Shown here in pieces: positions 49,938 to 60,071 of a stretch of 64,000 nucleotides of DNA; position 1 is the stretch's first letter; each line of letters begins with the position of its first letter. Source of the stretch: Fervidobacterium sp. GTDB taxonomy: Bacteria > Thermotogota > Thermotogae > Thermotogales > Fervidobacteriaceae. Both the position numbers and the translations under genes were made by a program. The notes below the pieces were generated by a model. That model did no database searches. It was not told the DNA's origin and saw nothing but the letters and a program-made list of their open reading frames with translations. The stretch lies in NCBI GenBank assembly GCA_049970055.1, contig JBMFNR010000003.1, positions 32,001-96,000 on the forward strand, given 5' to 3'.

Positions 49938-50578
49938 ATGCGTGAAGAACTATACCAATGGAAATACGATTTACTTGCTGAAAGGATGAAATCAATTCTT
50001 GAAAAAAGAGCCTTTGAAGTTTATATTGCAAAATCCAAAGATGATTTAGTGAATATTATTGAAAAACTTATTCCAGAAAAATCCGTGGTTACAACTGGTG
50101 GATCATTAAGTGTTAGTGAGACGGGAGTATTAGGGTTACTCAGAAATAGGAATTACAAGTTCTTAGACAGGGGGGCGCAAAAAGCTTTGAAGAAAGAATG
50201 GAAATAGAATTAGAAGCTTTTAGAGCAGATTTTTATCTTTGCAGCGCAAATGCGATAACTGAGGACGGAAAAATAGTCTTGCTCGATGGTAATGGAAACA
50301 GGGCTGCGGCCGTCATTTACGGACCAAAAAACGTTGTGCTTATAGCCAGTATAAACAAGGTGGTGAAAAATGTTGAGGATGCACGCGAGAGACTGAAATT
50401 TATCTCGCCTATGAACTCAAAAAGGTTGAACTTAAGGACCCCTTGCACTATAACTGGTATATGTCATGATTGCTCTTCCGAACAGAGAATATGCAATTAT
50501 TTTCTTGTTATAGAATCATCGCATAGACAGTCTAAAAGAATAAAAGTGCTATTAACCACGTTTGAGCTTGGTTTGTAA
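49938..50578 (+). pseudogene. LUD-domain (lactate utilisation/DUF1121-like) gene, frameshifted
   Basis: N-half carries GGSLS. C-half carries SANAITEDG, DGNGNR and NKVV. The frames switch near the G6 run at 50170-50175. Confidence 0.8.
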
Positions 50579-50613
50579 CGTACCAATTGATTTTGTAAAT
50601 TTTTGTGGTAAAA

Positions 50614-50631
50614 TTGTGAATAAGATAACAA
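50614..50631 (+). promoter_or_regulatory. Rex operator (autoregulation)
   Basis: TTGTGAA-TAAG-ATAACAA versus consensus TTGTGAA-N4-TTCACAA, directly upstream of rex. Confidence 0.7.
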
Positions 50632-50652
50632 ACAAAAATAGGGGGGAAAGAA

Positions 50653-51300
50653 ATGAAGATACCAAAGCCAACCGTGAAAAGATTAGGCTTGTACTATCGA
50701 TGCCTTCTTAGGTTTAAAGAGGAAGGAGTAAATTTTGTATCGTCACAAGATATAGCAGAACGACTAAGAATTAAACCGAGCCAGGTTAGGAAAGACTTAT
50801 CGTACTTTGGTGAATTTGGTAAAAGAGGTCTTGGATACAGCGTAAAAAACCTATCAAGTGAAATAGCAGACATAATAGGGATCAACAAAGAATGGAATGT
50901 TGCAATTATTGGTGCTGGTAATCTTGGTACAGCTCTTGCTAATTACCCAGGACTTTCAAAACATAAGTTCAAAGTTGTTGCTATTTTTGATAATGACAGA
51001 GAAAAGGTTGGTAAAAAAATCGCAGGTATCACTGTGTCTCATATGAGCGAACTCAAAAAACTCACAGAAGAGCTGAAGATAGATATTGCGGTAGTTGCCG
51101 TTCCTGAAATTGCTGCTCAAACGGTTGTCCAACAACTCGAACAAGCCGGTATTAAAGGCATAGTTAATTTTTCCCCAGTCAAACTGAGGACAAGATTACC
51201 TGTGGAAGATGTTGATATTACATTGTCTTTTGAAACACTTTCTTACCTTATAATAAACAAAAATATAGAGGAAAGAATAGAAGAAAAAGCTAATGAGTGA
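50653..51300 (+). CDS. rex: Redox-sensing transcriptional repressor Rex
   Basis: IPKPTVKRLGLYYR, QVRKDLSYFGEFGKRGLGY and GAGNLG. Confidence 0.95.
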   Translation: MKIPKPTVKRLGLYYRCLLRFKEEGVNFVSSQDIAERLRIKPSQVRKDLSYFGEFGKRGLGYSVKNLSSEIADIIGINKEWNVAIIGAGNLGTALANYPGLSKHKFKVVAIFDNDREKVGKKIAGITVSHMSELKKLTEELKIDIAVVAVPEIAAQTVVQQLEQAGIKGIVNFSPVKLRTRLPVEDVDITLSFETLSYLIINKNIEERIEEKANE

Positions 51301-51307
51301 AAATACA

Positions 51308-51338
51308 AAAAAGTCCTGACACAATGTCAGGACTTTTT
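51308..51338. terminator. Bidirectional intrinsic terminator
   Basis: AAAAAGTCCTGACA-CAA-TGTCAGGACTTTTT between the convergent rex and nrdJ genes. Confidence 0.9.
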
Positions 51339-51363
51339 GCAAATTTATACTATTAACTAAGAA

Positions 51364-53889
51364 TTAACTGCACTTACTCCAACCGCATTTGCGACAACTT
51401 GTACAACCCTCCTGCTTGATAATGCTGTTCTTTGAAAGACACGATGGGCAGTAGGTGTTGCCGTCCGCATCAATATAATAACCCTCACTCCATTGCAAGC
51501 CATTTGCGGTAACGAATTTCTCTATTTCTTCAGCAGTTTTGACTGTGCCATCTATAACAAATGTATCTATGCTTTCAGACTGTGTTTCTCCCCAAAGCTC
51601 AACGAAATCATCTACAGCACGCTTAATCTCCTGAGCAAGTACTGGTGTGTAGGTACCTTTAACTTTTCTTAACTGTTCTAAGATCTCTTCTGCAGATACT
51701 CCAGCGCGCAAAGCTATAGAACTCAATCTACCTATCGCTTCCGCAAGCTCTGTACCATTTGACAAGAATATCTCTACCGCTTCACCGTTATCGTCAAAGC
51801 TTACAGTGATATAGGTTGTACCACTATCGGCTTTGAATTTTCTCGTTACGCTTCTGAGCGTTTCTTTTCTCGGTTTTGGTCTTAATTTATGTTTTTCATC
51901 AAGCACAAAGAATTGTACTTTTGGTGCGTCTTTCGTTTTTAAGTTCTTCGCAGCTGTTAACACTTGTGTTTGCAATGAGCCATCTCGGTAGATCGTAAGA
52001 CCTCGGATGTTAAGCTTCATTGCTTCCAGATAAATATTCAATACATCTTCTTCGGTTGCAGTATTTGGCATATTGATCGTTTTGGAAATATTGTTGTCAA
52101 CGTACCTTTGAAATGCATCTTGCATCAGTAAGTGATCCATTGGTGAAATGTCCATAGCTGTTACAAATATTTTCTTGATATACTCAGGAACTTCTGGTAT
52201 ATCTTTGAGCGAACCTTTCTCAACAAGTCGGTCCCTGATTTTTTCTATTATGGAAGGGTCTAATTTAGATTCCAGAACTTTGTTGACATAAAATAGAGCT
52301 TCCTTACCACCGTCGTGTTTGTTCATATACCTTACGTACGCAAGCAAGAAGTTTGGTTCAAGGCCACTACTTGTGTCCGCAATATTTGAGATCGAACCTG
52401 TTGGTGCTATAGTTAGCACAGCTACGTTACGTTTACCATTTTTCGACTCTTTAAATACACTCTTAAGTTCTTCATCGTACTTACTCATCCCCATCGCAAA
52501 TGGTGCGAATGCTTCTTCTGTGTAATATCGGCTCTTTTCAAAAAGTGGGAAACTCCCCTTTTCATAAGCAAGTTTGTTGGATTCATCATGCCCATGAAGA
52601 GCCATAAATGCAGTCATATCTGCTGCAAATTGTCTACCTTCTTGACTGTCGTATGGTAAATCCATTAAGTATAACAAATCGGCAAATCCCATTATACCAA
52701 GACCTATTCTTCTACTCTCTTTCACCGCCTTGGTTATCTTATCAAGAGGAAATACGTTAACATCAATGACATTATCCAAAAATCTAATGGCTAATCTTGT
52801 TGCCTGAGCAAACGCAATCCAATCAAATTTATCATCTTTGTAGAACTTAGCAACATCTATAGAGCCAAGGTTACACGCTTCATAAGGTGCAAGACCTATC
52901 TCGCCACATGGATTCGTGCTCTCAATAATCATTTCGGGATACATAGCGTAGTATTTGTTCATCTCACCTAAAAACGCAATTCCTGGATCTCCCGTTTTCC
53001 ATGCGTTCTTAGCCATTTTGTTGATGAGTTCCCTAGCTTTTACTTTTTTAGAACTACTACACTTTGGATGTTTTAACTCTATTTCACCATCCTCCAAGTA
53101 CAATCTTAAGAGCTCTTGCTTTTCCATAGGAATTCCTACAGAGATGTTGAAAAATTTCAAAACTTTTTCTCCATCGTTTCCTTCCTTTGCTGTTATGAAT
53201 TCTTCTATGTCTGGATGGTCTATATTCAATATACCCATCAATGCTCCTCTACGCCTGTAACCTTGTTCGACTACTCCAACTGCGGAGTTAAATACGTGCA
53301 TAAAAGAAACGGGACCACTCGCCTGACCGTGGGTACCAGCCACGAAACTTCCTTTTGGCCTAAGTTTTGAAAAGTTGCTCCCTATCCCGCCACCTGCTTT
53401 TGTAATTAATGCATACTCTTTTACCGCTTCAAAGATGCCATCTATGCTATCTTCAACAGGTACAACAAAACATGCTGAAAGCATGTGTAGATGGTTCCTT
53501 GAGTTGTAAATTTCCCAGTAATCCTCCAAAGTCATATTTTCGATCGGTTTCCATAATAGTTCATGCCTGACACCCATCCCTGCGTTGAAAAGTGTGGGAC
53601 TATTTGGTATGAAAATTCTCGACTTAAGAAAGTTAAAAAATAAATCTTCCCAGTACTTTACTTCATCAAGCTGCTCTGCAGGTGATTTTTCTTTCAAAGA
53701 GGGATTATTTACCAATTCAGCAGTTGCGATAACTCTGGCAACACGACGACATATATCATCCCATTTATTTTCTAAAAAACTCCCGTCAGGTGTTTTTAAA
53801 AAATACCTTTCTGAGAGTATCTTATAAGCGTTCTTTGATGGTTCGACTTCTTTCCAATAGTCGATAAACTTCTTCAATGCTGAATACAT
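51364..53889 (-). CDS. nrdJ: Adenosylcobalamin-dependent (class II) ribonucleotide reductase
   Basis: PNSPTLFNAG, LSACFV, RRGALM, TNPCGE, CNLGS, IAPTGSIS, ISKTIN and a C-terminal CPSC..CRKCGWSKC; no R2 gene nearby. Confidence 0.92.
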   Translation of the reverse strand: MYSALKKFIDYWKEVEPSKNAYKILSERYFLKTPDGSFLENKWDDICRRVARVIATAELVNNPSLKEKSPAEQLDEVKYWEDLFFNFLKSRIFIPNSPTLFNAGMGVRHELLWKPIENMTLEDYWEIYNSRNHLHMLSACFVVPVEDSIDGIFEAVKEYALITKAGGGIGSNFSKLRPKGSFVAGTHGQASGPVSFMHVFNSAVGVVEQGYRRRGALMGILNIDHPDIEEFITAKEGNDGEKVLKFFNISVGIPMEKQELLRLYLEDGEIELKHPKCSSSKKVKARELINKMAKNAWKTGDPGIAFLGEMNKYYAMYPEMIIESTNPCGEIGLAPYEACNLGSIDVAKFYKDDKFDWIAFAQATRLAIRFLDNVIDVNVFPLDKITKAVKESRRIGLGIMGFADLLYLMDLPYDSQEGRQFAADMTAFMALHGHDESNKLAYEKGSFPLFEKSRYYTEEAFAPFAMGMSKYDEELKSVFKESKNGKRNVAVLTIAPTGSISNIADTSSGLEPNFLLAYVRYMNKHDGGKEALFYVNKVLESKLDPSIIEKIRDRLVEKGSLKDIPEVPEYIKKIFVTAMDISPMDHLLMQDAFQRYVDNNISKTINMPNTATEEDVLNIYLEAMKLNIRGLTIYRDGSLQTQVLTAAKNLKTKDAPKVQFFVLDEKHKLRPKPRKETLRSVTRKFKADSGTTYITVSFDDNGEAVEIFLSNGTELAEAIGRLSSIALRAGVSAEEILEQLRKVKGTYTPVLAQEIKRAVDDFVELWGETQSESIDTFVIDGTVKTAEEIEKFVTANGLQWSEGYYIDADGNTYCPSCLSKNSIIKQEGCTSCRKCGWSKCS

Positions 53890-53959
53890 AAAAAAAACCT
53901 CCCTTGTCAGTTTCACAAAATTTCAAAATAAAAGTGTTTCACACTAACCGTGTGAAATT

Positions 53960-54005
53960 ATACCACATATAGTATAAATATTATACATAACACAACAAGT
54001 AGTTT
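53960..54005. promoter_or_regulatory. Tandem NrdR boxes
   Basis: ATACCACATATAGTAT (53960-53975) and ACACAACAAGTAGTTT (53990-54005) resemble acaCwAtATaTwGtgt, upstream of nrdJ. Confidence 0.72.
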
Positions 54006-54045
54006 AATGAGATTTAAAAAGAAAAGGGAGGTTATTCGATTATAT

Positions 54046-55290
54046 TTACTTTTCAGAGGTGCTACTTGACGTTTTTGGGTGGTTGACGAATAAAATCAAT
54101 CTATTAATCGAATAGATAAGTAAAATAATTCCTGAAAAAATATACGAGTTTCTAACACCAATCCTATTTCCAAGTAGCCCCAGTAAAAACGTTCCGATTG
54201 GAGAGCCACCTGTGTTGATAAAAGAATACAAAGACATTATCCGTCCTTTCATAGTACTCGGGGACAAAAGCTGCGTTCTGCTGTTCGTAATGTTGAAGAA
54301 AGACGATTGGCAAGCACCAATTATCAGAGCCGCGTATGGTGTAAGCTTTGGATAAAGCGAAGATATTAAAATACTTGACCCGATTAAGCTAAGTAGATAT
54401 TCTTCTTTAAGCCTTATCAACGTTTCAGGGTTAATTGCTCCTACTATATTCGCTCCTATAAATGCGCCAACGCCCATAAAACTCATAATTAGACTGTAAC
54501 CAACAATGTCTGACTTTACTACGCTCTTCACAAAAGCTTGCATAAGCATACCAAAAGGCATTCCAAAAATTGAGTATATACTAAGTCCGAGTAATGTTAC
54601 TGAAAGCGTTTTATCCTTAACAACGTATTTTACACCCTCTAAGAGGTCTTTGAAGAATTTCGAAAATGATGTTTCCACCTGTGGATATGATTTTTCTTCT
54701 GGAATGATTAACAATACAACAAGCAATGGTACAAACGAAATGGCATTTGCTGTAAATCCAACATGTAATCCGTAGTATTTGACGATGAATCCTGCTATAG
54801 TTGGACCTACCATCCTTGCAACGTTGAAAATCATCGAATGGAGTGCAAGTGCATTTGGTAGCAAAGACTTATCGACCATTCCCGCAATAAAAGTATTTCG
54901 TGATGGTAGATAAAAGCCACTCGTAACGCCCATTGCAAAACTAAGCGCAAGTAATGAGTTTGGTGAAAGCGCACCTTTCCAAACAAGATAGGTCATTATG
55001 AATGCATTTATAGAATCGAGAAGCTGTGTGTAAAAGAGGATGCTCTTTGCTCCCAGCCAGTCGATCAAAACACCAGCAATGGGTGAGAAAAAAACCGAGG
55101 GAAAACCTTTCAAAAAAGCTATTAAACCAATAAAACCAGCAGCCTTGTTCTCTGAAAACAAACTAACGGCTACCCACCCTCTCAGAGCGGTATCGATCCA
55201 CGAACCTATTAATGATATACTTTGTGCAATCCAAAAGTTTCTGTAGTTTTTGTTTCTCAAAGCCCTGTAAGGGTTCAAATATTTCGCCAT
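54046..55290 (-). CDS. MFS transporter
   Basis: About 12 TM segments; RNYRNFWIAQSISLIGSW-like start, FNVARMVGP and MKGRIMSLY. Confidence 0.88.
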   Translation of the reverse strand: MAKYLNPYRALRNKNYRNFWIAQSISLIGSWIDTALRGWVAVSLFSENKAAGFIGLIAFLKGFPSVFFSPIAGVLIDWLGAKSILFYTQLLDSINAFIMTYLVWKGALSPNSLLALSFAMGVTSGFYLPSRNTFIAGMVDKSLLPNALALHSMIFNVARMVGPTIAGFIVKYYGLHVGFTANAISFVPLLVVLLIIPEEKSYPQVETSFSKFFKDLLEGVKYVVKDKTLSVTLLGLSIYSIFGMPFGMLMQAFVKSVVKSDIVGYSLIMSFMGVGAFIGANIVGAINPETLIRLKEEYLLSLIGSSILISSLYPKLTPYAALIIGACQSSFFNITNSRTQLLSPSTMKGRIMSLYSFINTGGSPIGTFLLGLLGNRIGVRNSYIFSGIILLIYSINRLILFVNHPKTSSSTSEK

Positions 55291-55455
55291 ACGAATTAAT
55301 TTTAACATAACGATTTCAATAAGCAAGATAGAAAACACTTGAAATAAGTAGAGAACAGCAATTTCTGAGTTATAATTATCGATATTTTGTGATATTAAAT
55401 AAAAAGTGCATTTTGTAAATGATAATTAATTTGGTTTAATTGTTATGAAAATACC

Positions 55456-55467
55456 GGTAACGTTACC
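55456..55467. promoter_or_regulatory. LacI-family operator
   Basis: Perfect palindrome GGTAACGTTACC with a central CG, upstream of the galactoside operon. Confidence 0.75.
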
Positions 55468-55516
55468 AACACTCGTGAATTAAAAATTGTTAAATTACTA
55501 AAAGGAGGAAGCAAAG

Positions 55517-57343
55517 GTGAAGATATATGGAGCGGATTATTATCCAGAGCATTGGGAAGAAAGTATGTGGAAAGCACATATCGAACTGATGAAGAAATAT
55601 TCGCTAGAATGGGTAAGGATAGGTGAGTTTGCTTGGAGTATTGTGGAACCGAAGGAAGGAGAGTTCGATTTTTCTATCCTTGACAAGGCTATCAATCATT
55701 TGAAGAATAATGGCATAAAGATTATACTTGGCACGCCCACGGCAACACCACCTGCTTGGCTTGTTAAAAAATATCCCGGAATTCTGCCTGTTGATTATTC
55801 AGGAAGTGTCCGAGGGTTTGGAAGTCGGAGGCACTATTCTACAAACTCGAAGATTTATAGAGATTATGCGTTGAGAATTACGGAAGAGTATGCAAAACGA
55901 TATGGGAATGATATCGATGCGTGGCAGGTAGATAATGAGATTGGCTGTCATGGAACAACGTATTCATTTGGCAAAGATGATCTTATTGCTTTTATTGAAT
56001 GGTTGAAGCAGAAATATGAAAGCATCGAAAACTTAAACAAGGCATGGGGAACTGTTTTTTGGAGTCAACGTTACAATGAGTGGGACGAGATTGTTTTTCC
56101 GATTAATACTCCCACGTTTGAGAATCCACATCAAATGCTTGATATTTTTAGATTTATGTCAGATAGTTCCATAGAGTTTATGAAGATGCAGATTGAAATT
56201 TTGAGAAAATTTTCAAACAAGCCTATTACTCACAACTTTATGGTTGATTTTATGGATATCGACTATAAAAAGATGGCAAGGTATTTAGATTTTGTCTCTT
56301 GGGACAATTACATCTCAACAGTAGAGTACGATCCGTTAAGGCAATCGGCCAATCATGTGCTCATGAGATCGCTTAAGAAAAAGCCCTTCTTAGTAATCGA
56401 GCAACAACCAGGCAGGGTAAACTGGCGAGAACTGAATGAGAACTATCCTCCGGAGTATCTTGCTATGTGGACAAAGCAAGGATTTATAAATGGTGCGCTT
56501 GGTGTAATGCCATTTAGATTTGATCAGATAAGATTTGCTGCAGAACAGTACCATGGAGGTCTCCTTGACTACGCTGGAAGACCAACTAAAAGGCTTGAGG
56601 TATACAGTAAAGTAAAACAGGAAACAGAAGGAGTTTTAGAACCAAAAAAGGAAGTAGCTATATATTTTAGTTACGACAATGAATGGATGCACAGAATAAA
56701 CCACGTCAACAGAAAATTCAAATATTGGGATAGTATAGTTGAAATATTTAAAGCAGTTAGAAAATGGGGGTACAACGTTGATTTTGTCTTTGATGATGAT
56801 GATCTAAATGTTTATCACACACTAATTGTTCCTTATGCATTTAGTATTAGTGATGAATTTGTTGAAAATATTAGAATGTTCAATGGTAATGTTTTCACAA
56901 CCTGTATGTCAGGTCTTAAAGATGAGAGAAACTGGATTGTAGAGAGAGCGCCGAGAGGTTTAATTGATGAATTTGGGATTGAGGTAATGGATTTTGGAGC
57001 TATTGGAAAGAAAAAAGCGAATTTATTCAATAAGGAGGTAGAGATCGATTTTTGGCAGGACGATCTTCAAATATACGATGCCCAAGTTCTCGGTGTTTTT
57101 CCAGACGGTAAACCATTGGCTACAAGAAAGGGTAACAGATACTACGTTGCAAGTGTTTTGAATGAAAATGGATGGAAAGAAATTCTTAGTTACGTGCTTG
57201 AGCCAAAGTATATTGGTAAAGATGTGGAGTTTTCAGAGACTTTAGAAGGAGTGTACGTACTAAACCTAAGTAATTTTGAGAATGTTATCCATGTTTTAAA
57301 TAAGAAAATCTCCTTGATGCCTTTTGAAATTAAAAAGTTATAA
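55517..57343 (+). CDS. Beta-galactosidase (GH42)
   Basis: GADYYPEHW, GEFAWS, GTPTATPP, WQVDNE, ITHN and EQQPG. Confidence 0.92.
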   Translation: MKIYGADYYPEHWEESMWKAHIELMKKYSLEWVRIGEFAWSIVEPKEGEFDFSILDKAINHLKNNGIKIILGTPTATPPAWLVKKYPGILPVDYSGSVRGFGSRRHYSTNSKIYRDYALRITEEYAKRYGNDIDAWQVDNEIGCHGTTYSFGKDDLIAFIEWLKQKYESIENLNKAWGTVFWSQRYNEWDEIVFPINTPTFENPHQMLDIFRFMSDSSIEFMKMQIEILRKFSNKPITHNFMVDFMDIDYKKMARYLDFVSWDNYISTVEYDPLRQSANHVLMRSLKKKPFLVIEQQPGRVNWRELNENYPPEYLAMWTKQGFINGALGVMPFRFDQIRFAAEQYHGGLLDYAGRPTKRLEVYSKVKQETEGVLEPKKEVAIYFSYDNEWMHRINHVNRKFKYWDSIVEIFKAVRKWGYNVDFVFDDDDLNVYHTLIVPYAFSISDEFVENIRMFNGNVFTTCMSGLKDERNWIVERAPRGLIDEFGIEVMDFGAIGKKKANLFNKEVEIDFWQDDLQIYDAQVLGVFPDGKPLATRKGNRYYVASVLNENGWKEILSYVLEPKYIGKDVEFSETLEGVYVLNLSNFENVIHVLNKKISLMPFEIKKL

Positions 57344-57360
57344 TAGGTAGGTGATACGCT

Positions 57361-58368
57361 TTGAGAAAGTTTGTTACTATACGTGATATTGCAAAAGCTG
57401 CTGGTGTTTCAATAAATACAGTTTCAAGGGCGCTAAACAATAAGCCCGACATAAATGCAGAGACAAAGAAAAAAGTTATTGAAGTTGCTGAAAAGCTCGG
57501 ATACATAAGAGATGCTACGGCTTTGTCACTTCGATACGGTCTAACAAAAGTTATTGGTGTAATTCTTGAGGATAGCTCTAATCCGTTTTACTCTGAGGTT
57601 TTAAAGGGCATTGAAATAGCAGCAAAAGAAATGGGATTTAACGTTGTTTTCATGAATACAGAGAAGAACTATGAAATGGAAGAAGAAGCTATTAAAACGA
57701 TGTTATCAAGAAGGGTCGATGGCATTATCATTTCTCCAACGCAAGAAAAAAGTGAGGATATAAAGTTTTTAATAGACCGCGATATACCGTTTGTGGTCCT
57801 TGGTGTTCACTTTGATGATCTTGATGTTTCTGAAATATACTCAAATGATGTTGAAGGGGGATATTTAGCAACCAAGCATTTAATTGAAATTGGAAGAAGG
57901 AAGATACTTTTGTTGAATGGTTTTTCATACAAATCCGTTTCAAGGATGAGGTTCGAAGGATATAGGAAAGCTCTTAGTGAATACGGTATCCCTTTTGACA
58001 GAAACCTTGTCTATGAAATCGAGGAAGGGTACGACAGTGCTTATAAAAAGGTAAAAGAAATAATCGATAAAGGTGTTGATTTCGACGGCATTTTCTGTTT
58101 TAACGATGTTTTCGCTATTGGCACAATTGCCGCTTTGAAAGATGCAAATATAAGGGTTCCGGAAGATGTTGCAGTTATTGGTTACGATGATATTTATTTT
58201 TCGCGATTCATATCTCCTCCGCTCTCTACCGTTAGGATAGATAAGATTACGGAAGGTAAGCTCGCTTTTGAAATGCTTTATCAAATACTAAAAAAAAGAT
58301 CCGGTAAAAACATCAAGAAGGTGCTTGATGTTAATCTCGTTGTACGTGCATCAACAAAAAGGTTTTGA
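57361..58368 (+). CDS. LacI-family regulator (GalR-like)
   Basis: TIRDIAKAAGVSINTVSRALN, NPFY, VDGII and GYDD. Confidence 0.92.
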   Translation: MRKFVTIRDIAKAAGVSINTVSRALNNKPDINAETKKKVIEVAEKLGYIRDATALSLRYGLTKVIGVILEDSSNPFYSEVLKGIEIAAKEMGFNVVFMNTEKNYEMEEEAIKTMLSRRVDGIIISPTQEKSEDIKFLIDRDIPFVVLGVHFDDLDVSEIYSNDVEGGYLATKHLIEIGRRKILLLNGFSYKSVSRMRFEGYRKALSEYGIPFDRNLVYEIEEGYDSAYKKVKEIIDKGVDFDGIFCFNDVFAIGTIAALKDANIRVPEDVAVIGYDDIYFSRFISPPLSTVRIDKITEGKLAFEMLYQILKKRSGKNIKKVLDVNLVVRASTKRF

Positions 58369-58392
58369 AAATACAATATCATATCATAAGGA

Positions 58393-60054
58393 GTGGTAAG
58401 TGTGTTTATCTCTTCCTTGAAAGAACTTCGAAAAATTAGTGGTTATAGGCAGTATAAAGATTTTGAGATACTTGTTGATGTCGAAAAGTGTCACCTCGGT
58501 TACAAGTTAAACGTTGAATTGATAGGAAAAGTTGATGAAGTTGAATTATTTTCATTTCCAAGACCGGGAAAAATGCTTGTAAACAATTGGCAATCTTGGG
58601 GACCAACAAGGGTTATTGACAAAACTTTTTCGCTGAATTTTCCTAAGGAATTAATTGAGAAGTTCAGGTTTAGTGCATCTATTATGCCTGAAAAGTACTT
58701 TGAGTCGCTTATAAGCGATTATTTTATGGCATCGGATGATTATTTAATTGGTGCTTTGTCTTCGAAAATCGGGCATCCATTTTTTGAAATAACCGGTGAC
58801 AATATATCAGTAAAGCTGAGATACTTCGGCAAGAAATTCACCGATTGGACTAAGGTGGAATCATTCATCGTTTTACTTGAAAACCCAGACGTTGCGTTTC
58901 CATACTATGCTGATTTAATCGCAAAAGAGAATAATGTAACTTTCAACAGAAATAATCCTGTAGGATGGTCAAGTTGGTACCAGTACTTTCTTGATTTTGA
59001 TTTTGAAAAAATGGTTATAAATCTTGAAAAATCTAAAACATTTGGTTACGAAGTTTTCCAAATAGACGATGCTTGGGAGGTAGATATAGGAGATTGGGTA
59101 CCAAATGAAAAGTTTCCATCATTGGAAAAAATAGCAGCGAAAATAAGAGAGTACGGTTATACGCCAGGTATTTGGCTTGCTCCGTTTAGTGTTTCGGAGA
59201 CTTCGTATCTTTTCAAAAGTCATCCAGACTGGGTTGTTAGAGATGAGCATGGTGAACCTGTGGTAGCTTACGAGAATTGGAATAAAAAGATTTATGCTCT
59301 TGACACTACAAACCCGGAAGCGCAAAATTGGCTACGTGAGATATTTACAAATTTGAAGAAAGCAGGGTTTGATTATTTCAAGATAGATTTCTTATTTGCT
59401 GGAGCGATCCAAGGTCAAAGGTTCTTGGAAGTTACCCCCGTTGAAGCGTACAGGATAGGAATGGAAATAATCAGAAAGGTAGCTGATAATTCCTTTGTAC
59501 TTGGGTGCGGTGCTCCATTGCTTCCGAGTGCGGGTTTTGTAGATGGAATGCGAATAAGTGCAGATACCGCCCCCTATTGGGACATTACCGCACCTGATAT
59601 AGGTTATCCAAATGCTTACTATGCATTACGAAACGTTATCACAAGATCATTTATGAACAACGTGTTGTGGTGGAACGATCCAGACTGCCTTATATTAAGA
59701 AAAGAGAAAACGCAACTTTCCGACGTTCACAGAACTTTATACACTTACGTAGCACTTTTTCTCGATAACATGATAGTACAAAGCGATGAATTAGCGTTAG
59801 ATATAGACAAGAAACTTTGGAATGAAGTTTTGAAGTACAAAAGGTATGGTAGAAGAAAGTACAAGGTGGTCGGTTTAATGGAAGGCAAGTATAAAATAGT
59901 AAGCTGCGGTTTAAATGGTTGCGACGAGCTGTTGATTGAGGATCTAAATGAAGCAAAATTTGAAATAAAAATTGATGAACTTAATTTTGAGTTTGTCAAA
60001 ACCATTGAAAAACGACAAGACGGTAGAATTTTTAATTACTACAAAGAATTGTAA
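58393..60054 (+). CDS. Alpha-galactosidase (GH36-type)
   Basis: GWSSWY, QIDDAW, GIWLAPF, FKIDFL, MRISAD and NDPD. Confidence 0.88.
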   Translation: MVSVFISSLKELRKISGYRQYKDFEILVDVEKCHLGYKLNVELIGKVDEVELFSFPRPGKMLVNNWQSWGPTRVIDKTFSLNFPKELIEKFRFSASIMPEKYFESLISDYFMASDDYLIGALSSKIGHPFFEITGDNISVKLRYFGKKFTDWTKVESFIVLLENPDVAFPYYADLIAKENNVTFNRNNPVGWSSWYQYFLDFDFEKMVINLEKSKTFGYEVFQIDDAWEVDIGDWVPNEKFPSLEKIAAKIREYGYTPGIWLAPFSVSETSYLFKSHPDWVVRDEHGEPVVAYENWNKKIYALDTTNPEAQNWLREIFTNLKKAGFDYFKIDFLFAGAIQGQRFLEVTPVEAYRIGMEIIRKVADNSFVLGCGAPLLPSAGFVDGMRISADTAPYWDITAPDIGYPNAYYALRNVITRSFMNNVLWWNDPDCLILRKEKTQLSDVHRTLYTYVALFLDNMIVQSDELALDIDKKLWNEVLKYKRYGRRKYKVVGLMEGKYKIVSCGLNGCDELLIEDLNEAKFEIKIDELNFEFVKTIEKRQDGRIFNYYKEL

Positions 60055-60071
60055 AACAGAGGTGAAAGACT

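Noticed and set aside
51364..53889. Intein or intron in nrdJ
   Set aside because: The ORF is continuous with normally spaced catalytic motifs, and no splice-junction or homing-endonuclease motifs were seen.
53890..54045. Cobalamin riboswitch upstream of nrdJ
   Set aside because: The region is short and AT-rich with no B12-box, and is explained by NrdR boxes.
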